Assembly: GCA_965660445.1 (NCBI GenBank) | Contig: CBFIAK010000001.1 | Location: 192,001 to 256,000, forward strand | Length of the DNA: 64,000 bases | DNA from: Patescibacteria group bacterium | Lineage (GTDB): Bacteria > Patescibacteriota > Gracilibacteria > UBA4473 | Reading direction: 5' to 3' | Shown here: positions 1 through 11,763 of the stretch, piece after piece | How positions within the stretch are numbered: position 1 is the stretch's first letter | Layout of the letters: the number at the start of each line of letters is the position of its first letter | Notes under the pieces: model-generated | The model's database searches: none | What the model was told of the DNA's origin: nothing | Seen by the model: the letters and a program-made list of their open reading frames with translations, nothing else | Program-made: the position numbers and the translations under genes

Positions 1-78
1 AGAATTTCTTTATACTGAATATCGAACTCATTTATTAATTTTTTCATTATAAATAAAGTGTAAGATATTTTTTTAAAA

Positions 79-339
79 ATGACAAAACCAAACTCCCCCT
101 ATTATACATTTACAGGTAAAGAAATATTATCAGATATTATGGATATAATCCCAGATGCATCTGAAATACTTCTTTCGCATGGTTTAGGATGTGCAGGGTG
201 TCATTTTAATATGTTTGAAACTCTTGAAGAAGGGTTTCGTGGGCATGGATTTTCAGAAGAAGACCTTGAAAACGTATTAAATGATTTAAATGAAGCTGCA
301 TATGATCTGCAAATACCCTTAAAAAAAGAGGAAAACTAA
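79..339 (+). CDS. DUF1858-family redox/disulfide domain protein
   Basis: 86 aa; GLGCAGC..ETLEEG..GHG pattern typical of DUF1858 (hybrid-cluster-associated CxxC domain). Confidence 0.75.
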   Translation: MTKPNSPYYTFTGKEILSDIMDIIPDASEILLSHGLGCAGCHFNMFETLEEGFRGHGFSEEDLENVLNDLNEAAYDLQIPLKKEEN

Positions 340-783
340 AAAAAGAAGGAGTGTTTTAAGAAAGAAGATAAGAGAAAGAAAAAAGTAATACTCATTTCTT
401 TCTTTTTTTTATATGTGTTTTTAAGGAGATATAGAAACAAAAAAACAAAAAAATAACAGATTCTTCTTTTCAAAAAGTTTTAAACATTTTTTCTTTGTTT
501 TTAAGAGTATTTTTTTTAAAGACAAAAAACCTTTCTAAAAAAGATTTTAGTTGTATACATTTTTTTATAAATAAAAAGTATTCCTTTTTGCAAAAAAAAG
601 AGAGAAAAAGCAAGTAAAATATAGTTTTTGTTTTTATAAAAAGGTTTCTTTGTTTTTAAACATATTTTTACTATTGTATTACTAATTATTTATATATATA
701 TTTCTAAAAATAATACATATTATAGTTTTATATACGTAACAAAAAATATTTTCTTTCAAATATATATTTTTTTATTAAAATAT

Positions 784-811
784 TTGACTTTTTTTGTTTT
801 ATTTATAGGAT
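784..811 (+). promoter_or_regulatory. Putative sigma70 promoter for rpoC
   Basis: TTGACT-N16-TAGGAT about 105 bp upstream of the rpoC ATG; the AT-rich background lowers specificity. Confidence 0.45.
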
Positions 812-915
812 TCTCAAGCTATATGAGAAATAGACATCTCTTCTTTCCGTATATTTCTTCTTAATAAAGGGCATTTTTATGTCTTTTTTCGAGTTTTTAT
901 TCTTCTTTTTCATTC

Positions 916-3900
916 ATGGTACAAACAACAACTCCACATACTCAATCAGATACAGAATTTAATGCTATTGCAATATCAATTGCATCTCCTGAGGATATAT
1001 TACGTTGGTCAAATGGTGAAATAACAAAACCAGAGACAATAAACTACAGAACACAAAAACCAGAAAAGGATGGTCTTTTTTGTCAAAAGGTATTTGGTCC
1101 AGTTAAAAACTATGAATGTGGATGTGGAAAATACAAAAGAATTCGTTATCGAGGGATAACGTGTGAGGTTTGTGGTGTTGAAGTAACACGATCTATTGTT
1201 CGTCGGGAGCGAATGGGGCATGTAAAATTAGCAGTTCCTATTGCTCATACTTGGTTTTTACGATCTACTCCTTCTAAAATAGGTCTTCTTTTAGGTTTGG
1301 CAGTAAAAAAACTAGAACAAGTGGTTTATTTTGCTTCATATATTGTGGTTGATGTTGATGATGTGCAAAAAGAAGAGGAGTTGAAAAAATTAAATAAAGA
1401 ATATCAACAAGTTATAGAACGAGTGAAGGAGGAAAATAGTCAAAGTCTTCGAGCAGTTAAAAAAGCACTTAAAAATGGAGAAATGACAGAAGATCAAGTG
1501 CTTGAATTTGAACGATCACTTTTGGAAAAAGTTGAAGAAGTGAATCAGAATTTTGATATCGCAAAACGACAATTGAAAAGTATTATTCGTGGAGAAGTTT
1601 TAACAGAAACTGAGTATCGTGAAATTTCTTTAAAGTTTGGACATGTTTTTCGAGCTGGAATTGGTGCTGATGCTGTTCGTGAAATTCTTCAAAAAATAAA
1701 TCTTGAATCGTTTATTGAGGAAATGAAGGAGGATTACAAAGCTTCATCAGGACAAAAACAAAAAAAAATCGTAAAACGGATGCGATTAGCGGGTTCTTTT
1801 TTAAGAAGTAATATGAAACCAGAGTGGATGATTTTAACAGTTATTCCTGTTATTCCACCAGATTTACGTCCAATGGTTCAGCTTGATGGAGGACGGTTTG
1901 CTACTTCAGATTTAAATGATTTGTATCGACGAGTGATTAATAGAAATCAACGACTTAAAAAACTTATCCAATTAGGGGCACCTGAAATTATTTGTCGAAA
2001 TGAGAAAAGAATGCTTCAAGAAGCGGTTGATATTTTGATATCAAATCAAGTTCGAAATTCAAAAGCAGGAATGAATTATGTTCAAAAGAGAAAGTTAAAA
2101 TCTCTTTCTGATATGCTTAAAGGAAAACAAGGACGATTTCGTCAAAATCTTCTTGGGAAAAGGGTTGATTATTCAGGGCGTTCTGTGATTGTGGTTGGTC
2201 CTCAACTTCGATTACATGAATGTGGGCTTCCGAAATACATTATGATGGAACTTTTTAAACCATTTGTTATTTCTCGGCTTATTAAGTATGAACTTGTTTT
2301 TAATGTAAAAAGTGCAGAAAAAATGATTCGACTTGGAGAAAAAATTGTTTGGGATGTGTTAGAGGAAGTTATTAAAGGGAAGTGTGTACTTTTAAATCGT
2401 GCACCAACGCTTCACAGACTTGGTATTCAGGCTTTTTATCCTCGTATTGTTGAGGGAAAAGCTATTCAAGTGCATCCATTAGTTTGTCCAGCGTTTAATG
2501 CAGATTTTGATGGAGATCAAATGGCTGTTCATCTTCCTCTTTCGGAAGCAGCTCAAGATGAAGCTCGAAATATTATTCTTTCGTCAAAAAATATTTTAAA
2601 ACCATCAAGTGGGGATCCTGTTATTGATCCATCACAAGATATTGTGCTTGGGTGTTATTTTTTAACAGAAATAATGGATGGATTAAAAGGAGAAGGAAAT
2701 ATGTTTTTCTCTCTAGATGATGCTATTTATGCTTATAATGTTGGAAATATAGATTTAAAAGCAAAAATAAAAATCCGTATGAATGGAGAAATGCTAGAAA
2801 CATCAGTTGGTCGTGTTTTCTTTAATCAGATTTTACCGGAAGGTGTTGAGTTTCAAAACCAAGTGTTTAGAAAGAAATCATTGAGTAAGTTATTAGCTGA
2901 TATTTATACTCTTCATGGAACTGATCAAACAGCTATAGTTGCTGATGCTATTAAAGATATTGGGTTTAAGTATGCAACTATTTCAGGAGTTTCTATTTCT
3001 GCTTTTGATTTATATGGAGCAGAAGATAAAGAAAAAATGGTTGAAAAGGCAGATATTATTGTTGATCATATTAATAATCAGTTTCGACAAGGGCTTATTA
3101 CAAATGACGAACGCTATGAACACACTATTAAAATTTGGTCACGAGTAAAAAATGACGTGATGCAACAAATGGTGGGGCGGTATAAAAGTGGAAATGATAT
3201 CTTTACACAGGTGGATTCAGGGGCTCGAGGGAACTGGGGACAAATCACGCAACTTTCAGGAATGAAAGGGTTGGTATCAAGTCCATCAGGAAAAACAATT
3301 GAGTTACCTATTCGTTCGAACTTAAAAGAAGGATTTACTATTTTGGAATACTTTATTGCGACACATGGGGGACGAAAAGGAAAATCAGATACAGCGCTTA
3401 AAACAGCAGAGGCAGGGTATCTTACTCGACGATTGGTTGATTCCGTGCAAGATATCGTTGTTCGAGAAGAAGATTGTAAAACAGATAAATATCGTGTTAT
3501 TTCTCGGGTTCATTCGGCAAAACTAGGTATTCCGTTTGCAAAACGAATTTATGGTCGATTTTTGGCACAAGATGTTGTGGTTGATGGAAAGGTTGTTGTT
3601 ACAAAAGAAACACTTATTGATGATGCTATACTTCATGTAATAGAAGAGTCTCAGGTTGAATCAGTGGCTGTGTATTCGGTTATGTATTGTACAACGCTTG
3701 GGGGGATATGCCAAAAAACGTATGGATTTGATCTCAGTGCGAATAAAATAGTGAAAATGGGAACTCCTGTGGGGATTATGGCGGCTCAATCGATTGGAGA
3801 ACCTGGTACTCAGTTGACAATGCGTACATTCCACATGGGAGGTATTGCAACGGAGGGAGCGTCTATTACTCAAGGGCTTACGCGTGTAGAAGAAATATTT

Positions 3901-4740
3901 GAAGCACGATCTCCAGCTGCACCAGCTGTTGTTGCTGAAATTTCAGGGGTTGCGTCTGTGAAACGAGGAAAAAATGATACAAAAATTGTTATTGAGTCTC
4001 GTGCTGAAGAAGATGATGTATACGAACTTCGATATGCAATGGAACCAGTTGTTAAAGAAGGTGATGTGGTGAAAGAAAAACAAATTATTGCACGATCAAC
4101 AGAAAGTAAAGAAACAGTTAAATCGTTTTGTGCGGGAGTTGTGAAAAAAGCAGAAGATGATGTTATTATTATTCATCAAAACGAAAAACGACAAAAAACA
4201 TACAGTGTTTCAAATCGAACAACAATTCGAATAAAAGATGGAGATATGGTTAAGAAGGGATCAGCTCTTACGGCAGGGCATTTAGATCTTCGAGAGTTGA
4301 TGGATTTGGCTGGAGTTGATGTTGTTCAGGACTATGTTTTAAATGAAGTTTTGAATGTATATTCTTCTCAAGGACAAGATATTAATGAAAAACATATTGA
4401 GGTTATCGTGAAACAAATGTTTTCAAAGGTGCGAATTATTGATCCAGGAGATACTGATTTCTTACCAGGAGAAGTAAAAGACTATGTGGAGTGTTTGCAT
4501 ATAAATAATGGAGTTACTGATCCAAAGAAAAAAGTTCGATTTGAGCGACTTTTGTTAGGACTTACTCGTGTTTCTCTGTGGACTCAATCATGGCTTTCGG
4601 CGGCTTCTTTCCAAGAAACCACTCGAGTACTCGTTGATGCTGCTGTGTCTCGAAAGATAGATACACTTGACGGATTAAAAGAAAACGTTATCATCGGTCG
4701 GCTTATTCCTGCGGGAACTGGATATAAACACCAAAAATAA
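916..4740 (+). CDS. rpoC: DNA-directed RNA polymerase subunit beta'
   Basis: 1274 aa; N-terminal Zn finger ([15 protein letters not shown]), catalytic [29 protein letters not shown]. Confidence 0.99.
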   Translation: MVQTTTPHTQSDTEFNAIAISIASPEDILRWSNGEITKPETINYRTQKPEKDGLFCQKVFGPVKNYECGCGKYKRIRYRGITCEVCGVEVTRSIVRRERMGHVKLAVPIAHTWFLRSTPSKIGLLLGLAVKKLEQVVYFASYIVVDVDDVQKEEELKKLNKEYQQVIERVKEENSQSLRAVKKALKNGEMTEDQVLEFERSLLEKVEEVNQNFDIAKRQLKSIIRGEVLTETEYREISLKFGHVFRAGIGADAVREILQKINLESFIEEMKEDYKASSGQKQKKIVKRMRLAGSFLRSNMKPEWMILTVIPVIPPDLRPMVQLDGGRFATSDLNDLYRRVINRNQRLKKLIQLGAPEIICRNEKRMLQEAVDILISNQVRNSKAGMNYVQKRKLKSLSDMLKGKQGRFRQNLLGKRVDYSGRSVIVVGPQLRLHECGLPKYIMMELFKPFVISRLIKYELVFNVKSAEKMIRLGEKIVWDVLEEVIKGKCVLLNRAPTLHRLGIQAFYPRIVEGKAIQVHPLVCPAFNADFDGDQMAVHLPLSEAAQDEARNIILSSKNILKPSSGDPVIDPSQDIVLGCYFLTEIMDGLKGEGNMFFSLDDAIYAYNVGNIDLKAKIKIRMNGEMLETSVGRVFFNQILPEGVEFQNQVFRKKSLSKLLADIYTLHGTDQTAIVADAIKDIGFKYATISGVSISAFDLYGAEDKEKMVEKADIIVDHINNQFRQGLITNDERYEHTIKIWSRVKNDVMQQMVGRYKSGNDIFTQVDSGARGNWGQITQLSGMKGLVSSPSGKTIELPIRSNLKEGFTILEYFIATHGGRKGKSDTALKTAEAGYLTRRLVDSVQDIVVREEDCKTDKYRVISRVHSAKLGIPFAKRIYGRFLAQDVVVDGKVVVTKETLIDDAILHVIEESQVESVAVYSVMYCTTLGGICQKTYGFDLSANKIVKMGTPVGIMAAQSIGEPGTQLTMRTFHMGGIATEGASITQGLTRVEEIFEARSPAAPAVVAEISGVASVKRGKNDTKIVIESRAEEDDVYELRYAMEPVVKEGDVVKEKQIIARSTESKETVKSFCAGVVKKAEDDVIIIHQNEKRQKTYSVSNRTTIRIKDGDMVKKGSALTAGHLDLRELMDLAGVDVVQDYVLNEVLNVYSSQGQDINEKHIEVIVKQMFSKVRIIDPGDTDFLPGEVKDYVECLHINNGVTDPKKKVRFERLLLGLTRVSLWTQSWLSAASFQETTRVLVDAAVSRKIDTLDGLKENVIIGRLIPAGTGYKHQK

Positions 4741-4793
4741 GCTCTAAAAATCATAAAAATACTTATTCTTACTTTTCATAAATATTTCATTTT

Positions 4794-5204
4794 ATGCCAA
4801 CAATTAACCAATTAATTCGAAAACCACGTACTGATAAGGTTAAAAAATCAAAAGCACCCGCTTTGAATTTTAAACTCAATAGTTTGAAAAACAAACAAAC
4901 GCTTTTATTTTCTCCTCAAAAACGAGGTGTTTGTATTAAAGTTTCGACAACAACACCAAAAAAACCAAACTCAGCATTGCGAAAAATAGCGCGTGTTCGA
5001 TTAACAAATGGGTATGAGGTAAATGCTTATATTATGGGAGAAGGACACAATCTTCAAGAGCACTCAGTTGTGCTTTTGCGAGGTGGGCGAGTGAAAGACT
5101 TGGTGGGGGTTCGGTATCACATTGTTCGAGGAGCTCTTGATACACAAGGAGTAACAAACCGAAAACAAGCACGTTCTCGATACGGAGCTAAAAAATCTAA
5201 ATAG
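4794..5204 (+). CDS. rpsL: 30S ribosomal protein S12
   Basis: [26 protein letters not shown]. Confidence 0.99.
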   Translation: MPTINQLIRKPRTDKVKKSKAPALNFKLNSLKNKQTLLFSPQKRGVCIKVSTTTPKKPNSALRKIARVRLTNGYEVNAYIMGEGHNLQEHSVVLLRGGRVKDLVGVRYHIVRGALDTQGVTNRKQARSRYGAKKSK

Positions 5205-5227
5205 TGTCTTCTTTTCTTTAATTTCTT

Positions 5228-5716
5228 ATGACTACTGAAACAACGACAAAATCGGCAAAACCAAAAAAAACAACGGCAAAAAATCCGTTTTCTTATACAG
5301 ATCCGTTACAACAAAAATTTGTAAACTGTATTATGAAAGATGGGAAAAAAACAACAGCACAACGTATTTTAATGGATATGTTTGATGAGTTGTCACGTCG
5401 TGGTGAAAAAGATCCATTGAAAACATTTGAAACATCGTTATCAAACGTGACACCAACGATGGAAGTTCGTCCAAAACGTATTGGAGGGGCTGTGTATCAG
5501 ATTCCAGTAGAAGTTTCGTCTAAACGACAACAAACACTTTCTATTCGATGGATTTTACAATCAGCACGATCTAAAAAAGGACAACCTATGTATAAAGCAC
5601 TTGCTTCAGAAATTCTAGAAGCGTCTCAAGATTCTGGAAATGCAGTCAATAAGAAAAAAGAAGTGCATAAAATGGCACAAGCAAATAAAGCGTTTGCCCA
5701 TTTGGCTCGATATTAA
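5228..5716 (+). CDS. rpsG: 30S ribosomal protein S7
   Basis: IMKDGKK, RIGGAVYQIPVEV, HKMAQANKAFAH. Confidence 0.98.
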   Translation: MTTETTTKSAKPKKTTAKNPFSYTDPLQQKFVNCIMKDGKKTTAQRILMDMFDELSRRGEKDPLKTFETSLSNVTPTMEVRPKRIGGAVYQIPVEVSSKRQQTLSIRWILQSARSKKGQPMYKALASEILEASQDSGNAVNKKKEVHKMAQANKAFAHLARY

Positions 5717-5735
5717 ACAACAACAAGTAAATAAT

Positions 5736-5765
5736 AAAAAAACCTCGATTTTTCGAGGTTTTTTT
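5736..5765. terminator. Bidirectional intrinsic terminator after rpsG
   Basis: A7-CCTCGA-tttt-TCGAGG-T7 between convergent genes. Confidence 0.85.
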
Positions 5766-7521
5766 ATTCATACTCAACTAAGACTCGAAAGTTTTGGTCC
5801 ATCAGATCTATTGGGCGTCCGATATTCATGGTTTCTGCGGTAAATCTACCATCTTCGTTTGTTGATATGGTGTTGAAGAATGATGTTTTTTCTCGTCCGG
5901 AGGTGCCTTGCAATTGAAGAAAATAAGGACGAAAATCATAACTTCCTCTTTGGATACGGGTTTCGTATTCAAGAACAACCTCGCCTGTTTCATTTGGGCT
6001 TATAAAGAGTGGAATTTCAAATACATGAAAACCAGATATTTGTGTTTGATTTATTACTCCTGATGGGCTTTGACCGTTTAAAAAAAGTGTTTCTTTTGGG
6101 GTGAACACCCTGATAATTGTTCTGTTTTGCCCTCCTCCTAAAACCCATCGTAGTTCAGGGGTCAGAAGTGACTGAATGGTTGGATACCATGAATCATACC
6201 CCAGAAGATTTTCGAGTTCATTTGGTTGTATGGCATGAGTTCTGCGCAATCGTATTTTGTTTTTTACGGTTCCGTTTTTTTGTATATGACTATCGTGCTG
6301 TATCTTCGTCCAGACAAATTTTTCTGATTTATTAGCTCCAATATTTATAAAATCAAAATATAAAAAATTGTCTGCATTTGGGTTTTGTATGAGTCTGCCT
6401 GAAATTCCCAATGTATCATATTTTTTTTGGAGTTCTGGATTTTGCGCATAAAGCTGGATATGTTTTTTTTGAGTGAATGCGTTGAGGTTTATATTTTTTA
6501 TGAGTGCTTGAAGTGTTTGTGGTTCTTGTATGTGATTCCAAAGTGTTTTTGAAAGAAGTGCTATAGGGGCTCGAATATTAAATCGACCAGCAATACTTGA
6601 TCCTAGGAGAAATTGAAGCATGAGATCAATATTGTTGTGTGAAACTTCAATCCCCCATTCTTCAATAATAAATGGCTTGAGTGGTGCTATTATATCAGAG
6701 ACAATGTTTTGGTTGAGAGCGATGATATGGTTTGGTATTGGTTCACCAATAGACTCAAAAAATTTTTGGTACTGTTGAGCTGATGTTGGAAAATCGGGGA
6801 AGAAATTTGCATCCCGTAAAGATATATCTTTTGATAAATCATGAAAAAATTCAGGAGCCGGAATGAGTGATTCTTTCTGAATGAGCCTATCAAGTGCATA
6901 CATGTCTTCAAGTTTCCATTCTATATGCGTATCGGTAAAATCAATAATAACAAAACTTCCTACAAATCCACCAGTAGATCTGGGTTCGTTTGTGTTTTGA
7001 AGAAGTATAAGTATGCGTTCGTTATTTTTTTGTGCTTCGTGTTGTATATCAAGTATCGTTTGCAAAACAGTTATAAAAGGAGAAAGTGCTTGTACTCGAT
7101 TATCAAGGTTCTGTTTGAGTTCTTGGTATTGATAAGGAATAATGATCTGAGGGATGCGTTTGTGTTGGTTTTGCAGTGATATAAATGATGTTGTAAGGGT
7201 TTGTATATGGTGTATGACACGATTTAATTCTTCTTTTGGGAGTGTGTTATTTTCGATTATTATTTTTTCTTGTAGGAGTGTTTCTATGGTTTCCCCCACA
7301 GAAGCAAACTCAAACCCCATAGATCGAATAACACTCCATGGATAGAGAGGGGTTATTTTTTGTGATGTTTCTTTGATATTAGTCCATGACATATTCTTTA
7401 TGTCCTGAGTTTGAAACTGGTTTTTAAGCGTTTTAAGAAATGGTTGATTGTAGAGAAACAGACCACCTACCAAAACGGTTATAAAAATCAGTATAGAGAT
7501 TCCCCAAACGAGATATTTCAT
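5764..7521 (-). CDS. DUF4012-like membrane-anchored protein
   Basis: N-terminal TM; LILLQNTNEPRSTGGFVGS, SLRDANFFPDFPTSA and NIGANKS motifs typical of DUF4012. Confidence 0.8.
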   Translation of the reverse strand: MKYLVWGISILIFITVLVGGLFLYNQPFLKTLKNQFQTQDIKNMSWTNIKETSQKITPLYPWSVIRSMGFEFASVGETIETLLQEKIIIENNTLPKEELNRVIHHIQTLTTSFISLQNQHKRIPQIIIPYQYQELKQNLDNRVQALSPFITVLQTILDIQHEAQKNNERILILLQNTNEPRSTGGFVGSFVIIDFTDTHIEWKLEDMYALDRLIQKESLIPAPEFFHDLSKDISLRDANFFPDFPTSAQQYQKFFESIGEPIPNHIIALNQNIVSDIIAPLKPFIIEEWGIEVSHNNIDLMLQFLLGSSIAGRFNIRAPIALLSKTLWNHIQEPQTLQALIKNINLNAFTQKKHIQLYAQNPELQKKYDTLGISGRLIQNPNADNFLYFDFINIGANKSEKFVWTKIQHDSHIQKNGTVKNKIRLRRTHAIQPNELENLLGYDSWYPTIQSLLTPELRWVLGGGQNRTIIRVFTPKETLFLNGQSPSGVINQTQISGFHVFEIPLFISPNETGEVVLEYETRIQRGSYDFRPYFLQLQGTSGREKTSFFNTISTNEDGRFTAETMNIGRPIDLMDQNFRVLVEYE

Positions 7522-8738
7522 GATATTGATTTTTCAAATATTCCACGCAAGACAATGAGAGGAAGAAATAAAAACGGAAACAGGAGCGAGTTTACAAAAA
7601 ATCCATGAACAAATAAAGCAGCTATGCCAGCAGAAAACCCTAAAAATTGATCATTTTTTTGTTTTTTATACCATTGGAGCGGATGAAAAAACAAAGCTCC
7701 AAAAAACCATAAAAACGGAATTATTCCGAGTATTCCTGTTGCTATAAGCACAGTAAGGTGAGTAGAATCAGATCCTCCGGACGAAAAATATGATTCATCG
7801 ACAATACCTTTTCGTGCTGCTTTGTATCGGTATGTATTATATCCAATACCTCCAATGGGGTTTTCTTTCCAAAGAGTGAGGCTTTGCGTCCAGCTTTCTA
7901 ATCGAAGCCCTGCGGTTGGATCTATCTCGGTGGTGCCATCAAAAACAAGTGAATAAGCAGTGCCTATGAGTTGAGAAACTCTTTCGCTTGCTCGTTTGTT
8001 TGAAGCAATTCCAATGCTTGTTACAAGAAGTCCTATGAGGATTATCTTGGGGTTTCGAAACAAGAAAAATATACCAAGTCCTGTTGCTGCTGCAAGGTAT
8101 CCGCTACGAGAATAGGTAAGAAAAAGAGCGCCAATAAAGAGGGCTATGATACCGGTGTAATACCATCGTTTTTTTGGGGTTTTGTACCATCCGCCGATAA
8201 GAATGGGCGTCATAAATGCAACAAACCCTGCTATAAAGTTTGGGTCAAGCCATGTTCCTAAGAGTCGTCCGATATGGGGATCTAATCCGCCTTCTGTAGA
8301 CCATGTGGATATATCGGGTACAAGAAAAAATTGAATGTATCCCAAAAGGATAACACAAAGAGAAATATATTCGATGCGAGTGAGTGCTTTTGTTTGTTCT
8401 TGTGGAGATGAAAACATTTCATACGCCGCCCACCCAAAGACAAGAAACGATGCAAACCGAACACTATAAGCACCAGAAAGAATTATTTCTTTGAGAGATT
8501 CTAGCTCAATAGATCCATACGTAAGACTCACAATTGCAATAGCAAGAAAAGTAAGTCCAGAAGGAAGGAAAAGAGGAAATGAGAACTTTTTTTGTTGTAT
8601 TATTTTGTTTCCAATCCAAAAAAATGTAAATACTGGTACAAGTATATCAGTGGCAAGTATTCCAGATCCGCCTATTGGTATGCGAATAAGAAGTCCGGGA
8701 ATAAGGAGAAACAAACAACTCCAAAAAAGTATTTTCAT
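7518..8738 (-). CDS. O-antigen ligase/Wzy_C family membrane protein
   Basis: Polytopic; RLLGTWLDPN, LTYSRSG, R..W..., PIGGIG motifs. Confidence 0.8.
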   Translation of the reverse strand: MKILFWSCLFLLIPGLLIRIPIGGSGILATDILVPVFTFFWIGNKIIQQKKFSFPLFLPSGLTFLAIAIVSLTYGSIELESLKEIILSGAYSVRFASFLVFGWAAYEMFSSPQEQTKALTRIEYISLCVILLGYIQFFLVPDISTWSTEGGLDPHIGRLLGTWLDPNFIAGFVAFMTPILIGGWYKTPKKRWYYTGIIALFIGALFLTYSRSGYLAAATGLGIFFLFRNPKIILIGLLVTSIGIASNKRASERVSQLIGTAYSLVFDGTTEIDPTAGLRLESWTQSLTLWKENPIGGIGYNTYRYKAARKGIVDESYFSSGGSDSTHLTVLIATGILGIIPFLWFFGALFFHPLQWYKKQKNDQFLGFSAGIAALFVHGFFVNSLLFPFLFLPLIVLRGIFEKSIS

Positions 8739-8845
8739 ATGTTGTTATTTTAGTCTATTACTGATGGTTTGCAAACTGGTCTTCAAATCGAACATGACAA
8801 AAATTTTTTTTTCAGTATAAAGAGAGACGTCTTTTCATTTTTTTT

Positions 8846-10279
8846 ATGGTTATTGTTCGAATGCCACCATCTCCCACGGGATTTTTACATCTCGGTACGG
8901 CGCGTACGGCGCTTTTTAATTACTTGTTTGCAAAAAAACAGAATGGAAACATTATTTTCCGTTGGGAAGATACTGATAAAGAGCGTTCTCGTGCAGAGTT
9001 TGAACGAGAAATTCTAGATGGATTGCGGTGGTTGGGGATGGATTTTGAAAAAGAATCATCTTTGTTTTGTCGGCAAAGTGAAAACTTAGATGTCCATAAG
9101 CAGTGGTTGGGGCGTCTTTGGGAAGATGGAAAAGTGTTTCCGTGTTTTGTGACTCCTGAAGAACTCGACCATCAGCGACAAAAAGCACAAGAAAATAAAC
9201 AGAATTTTGTGTTTTGGTCTCCCTTTCGAGATAAAAACAAAGATGAATTAGAATCGCTGATGGCATCGGGAACTCCGTATGTTTGGCGACTTAAGTCTCC
9301 CCGTGATTTTAATACTCAGTTTACAGATTTGATTCGTGGAGACATTTCAGTTTCTTCGGAAACTTTAGGGGATTTTGTGGTAGCTCGATCTGATGGATCG
9401 GTTTTGTATTTACTCGCAAACGTTATAGATGATTGGACACAAGAAGTGACCCATGTTTTTCGAGGAGAAGACCATATTTCTAATACTCCAAAACAGGTGC
9501 TTTTATATAATGCATTAGGGGCTAAACCTCCTCAATTTGGGCATATTCCATTGGTATTAGATAAATCAAAACGGAAATTATCCAAAAGAAATGTTGATCC
9601 GGATGTTTGTGTGTTGATTCGAGATTTTCAGGCTTCTGGGTTTGTGCCAGAAGCTGTTATGAATGGGTTGGCATTAACGGGTTGGAACCCAAAAACAACA
9701 GAGGAAATTTTTTCGTTACAGGATTTAATTTCTCTTTTTGATGTTGCGGGTATTAACCCATCTGCAGCACAGTATAACTTTGAAAAAATGCAGTGGTTGA
9801 ATACGCAATGGATTCGATCACTTGATCTTGGTGTGTTGCGGGCTCATATGGAGACACTTTTTAATGAAGTGTTTGATGCTTCTATTGAACCAGCTTTGGA
9901 TATCGCTCGACAGAAATCACGGACACTCCATGATGTACGAGAACAGGTTTCATATTTTGTATCAGATCCGGGGATAGAGGTAGAAAACTTATGGCACGAG
10001 AAAATGGGTGTTGATATGCAAACAGTAAAAACAGTGTTCCCTGAGCTTATAAAAGCTTTACAAGAAGTAGATGATTCATCGTGGACTTTAGAAACGATTC
10101 GCGAAGTAAGTGTTGGAGTTATTGAGTCTTTGCAACTGAAAAATGGACAAGTATTGCACCCATTTCGTATTGCGTTATCAAACCATGCGGTAAGCGCACC
10201 TCCATTTGATATAGCAGAATATATCGGAAAAAAAGAAACTATTCGGCGTTTGGAGCGTGTACTTGAAAAGCTTTCGTAG
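8846..10279 (+). CDS. gltX: Glutamate--tRNA ligase
   Basis: RMPPSPTGFLHLGTAR (HIGH-like), THVFRGEDH, KLSKR. Confidence 0.97.
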   Translation: MVIVRMPPSPTGFLHLGTARTALFNYLFAKKQNGNIIFRWEDTDKERSRAEFEREILDGLRWLGMDFEKESSLFCRQSENLDVHKQWLGRLWEDGKVFPCFVTPEELDHQRQKAQENKQNFVFWSPFRDKNKDELESLMASGTPYVWRLKSPRDFNTQFTDLIRGDISVSSETLGDFVVARSDGSVLYLLANVIDDWTQEVTHVFRGEDHISNTPKQVLLYNALGAKPPQFGHIPLVLDKSKRKLSKRNVDPDVCVLIRDFQASGFVPEAVMNGLALTGWNPKTTEEIFSLQDLISLFDVAGINPSAAQYNFEKMQWLNTQWIRSLDLGVLRAHMETLFNEVFDASIEPALDIARQKSRTLHDVREQVSYFVSDPGIEVENLWHEKMGVDMQTVKTVFPELIKALQEVDDSSWTLETIREVSVGVIESLQLKNGQVLHPFRIALSNHAVSAPPFDIAEYIGKKETIRRLERVLEKLS

Positions 10280-10282
10280 AAT

Positions 10283-11611
10283 CTAGTCAAGTTCACCATA
10301 AAGTATGTATCCATTTCGTTTTGTGATACGCACTTGTACTTCTTCTCCTTTAAGTTCTCGTCCGCTTGGAAAATAAACTTCAAAAAATTCACGACTTCGA
10401 CCACTGTTTGTGTAGAGTCCGTTTTCGTTTTTATCGGATTTTTCGACTAATATTTCAAGCGTTTCTCCAATAGATTTTTCTCGGTTTTCAAACGATGTCT
10501 CTTTAATGATTTCATCAAAAAGATGAAACCGTCGTTTTTTTTCTTCGCTATCAATGAAATCTTTTTTCATACGTGAGGCAGGGGTATTTTTTCGTGGAGA
10601 ATAGATAGCTGTATACGAGAAATCAAACTTCATTTCACGTGCAAAATCACATAAAATTTGAACATCCTCTTCTGTTTCACCAGGGAAACCAACGATAATA
10701 TCTGTAGCGAGTGTGGTGTTTGGGATTCGTTTTCGAAGTTGTTCGATTATTTTTTTATAGGTATCAATGGTATAGTTTCGGTTCATAAGACGCAGAACTC
10801 TATCTGACCCGTGTTGAACAGGAAGATGAACGTAAGGGCAAGCGGTTTTCATGGTTGCAAGAGCATCGATAACGTCATCGGTGAAATCTTGTGGGTGAGC
10901 TGATGTAAATCGAGTTCGTGATAATCCTTTTGTGTGAAGTTTGTCGACCTCAAGAAGGAGTTGGGCAAAACATTTTTTGCTTTCGTGTGTATACGAGTTT
11001 ACATTTTGACCAAGGAGTGTTATTTCTTTCGCTCCTTTTTCAACAAGGGTTTCACATTCTTTGATAATATCAGGCATGGGGCGTGAAAGTTCTCGCCCTC
11101 GAGTGTAGGGAACGATACAATAGGTACAAAACTTATCACAGCCTTGCATTATGGGAACATAAACTTGTGTTTTGTTTTTGACCTGTGGCACGATATTAAA
11201 ATAATTCTCAATGCTTCCGCTTCCGAAATCGTTTTCAAATGATGAGAAATCATGATTTGGAAAGAGTGGTTCGATCATTTTCGGGAGTCGAGCGGCGTCT
11301 TCAATTCGAAAAACGAGATCAATGGGTTCGTATTGAAGAAGTTGGTCTTTTGAATTACTTCGGTCTCCTGTTTGTCTTACCATGCATCCAGTAACAGCAA
11401 TGCACATATTTTTGTTTTTCTTTTTTTCATTCACGATAAATCCATAGGCTTTATCTTCTGATTTTTGTCGAACAGAGCACGTATTGACAATGAGTATATC
11501 GGCTTGATCGTCTTGTGTGGGAGCGAATCCTGATTTTTCTAAGATAGCGGCGACTCGTTCTGAATCAGAAACGTTCATTTGGCATCCGAATGTTTTAATT
11601 TTGTAGTACAT
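10283..11611 (-). CDS. miaB: tRNA methylthiotransferase MiaB
   Basis: TFGCQMNVSDSE, NTCSVR, radical-SAM GCDKFCTYCIVPYTRGRE, DIIVGFPGET. Confidence 0.95.
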   Translation of the reverse strand: MYYKIKTFGCQMNVSDSERVAAILEKSGFAPTQDDQADILIVNTCSVRQKSEDKAYGFIVNEKKKNKNMCIAVTGCMVRQTGDRSNSKDQLLQYEPIDLVFRIEDAARLPKMIEPLFPNHDFSSFENDFGSGSIENYFNIVPQVKNKTQVYVPIMQGCDKFCTYCIVPYTRGRELSRPMPDIIKECETLVEKGAKEITLLGQNVNSYTHESKKCFAQLLLEVDKLHTKGLSRTRFTSAHPQDFTDDVIDALATMKTACPYVHLPVQHGSDRVLRLMNRNYTIDTYKKIIEQLRKRIPNTTLATDIIVGFPGETEEDVQILCDFAREMKFDFSYTAIYSPRKNTPASRMKKDFIDSEEKKRRFHLFDEIIKETSFENREKSIGETLEILVEKSDKNENGLYTNSGRSREFFEVYFPSGRELKGEEVQVRITKRNGYILYGELD

Positions 11612-11763
11612 GTGTTTAGAAAAACAAGTGAAATTTTCTTTGGTAGATTATTCAAATGTATAAAAATGACAAGTCATAATAAAGAAGCAAGGAAAAAAGA
11701 CAAAAGAGTTTTGTTTTCTTTATTGAGTCTCTATAATAAGAATGTTCTTAATCTTTTTTTCTT

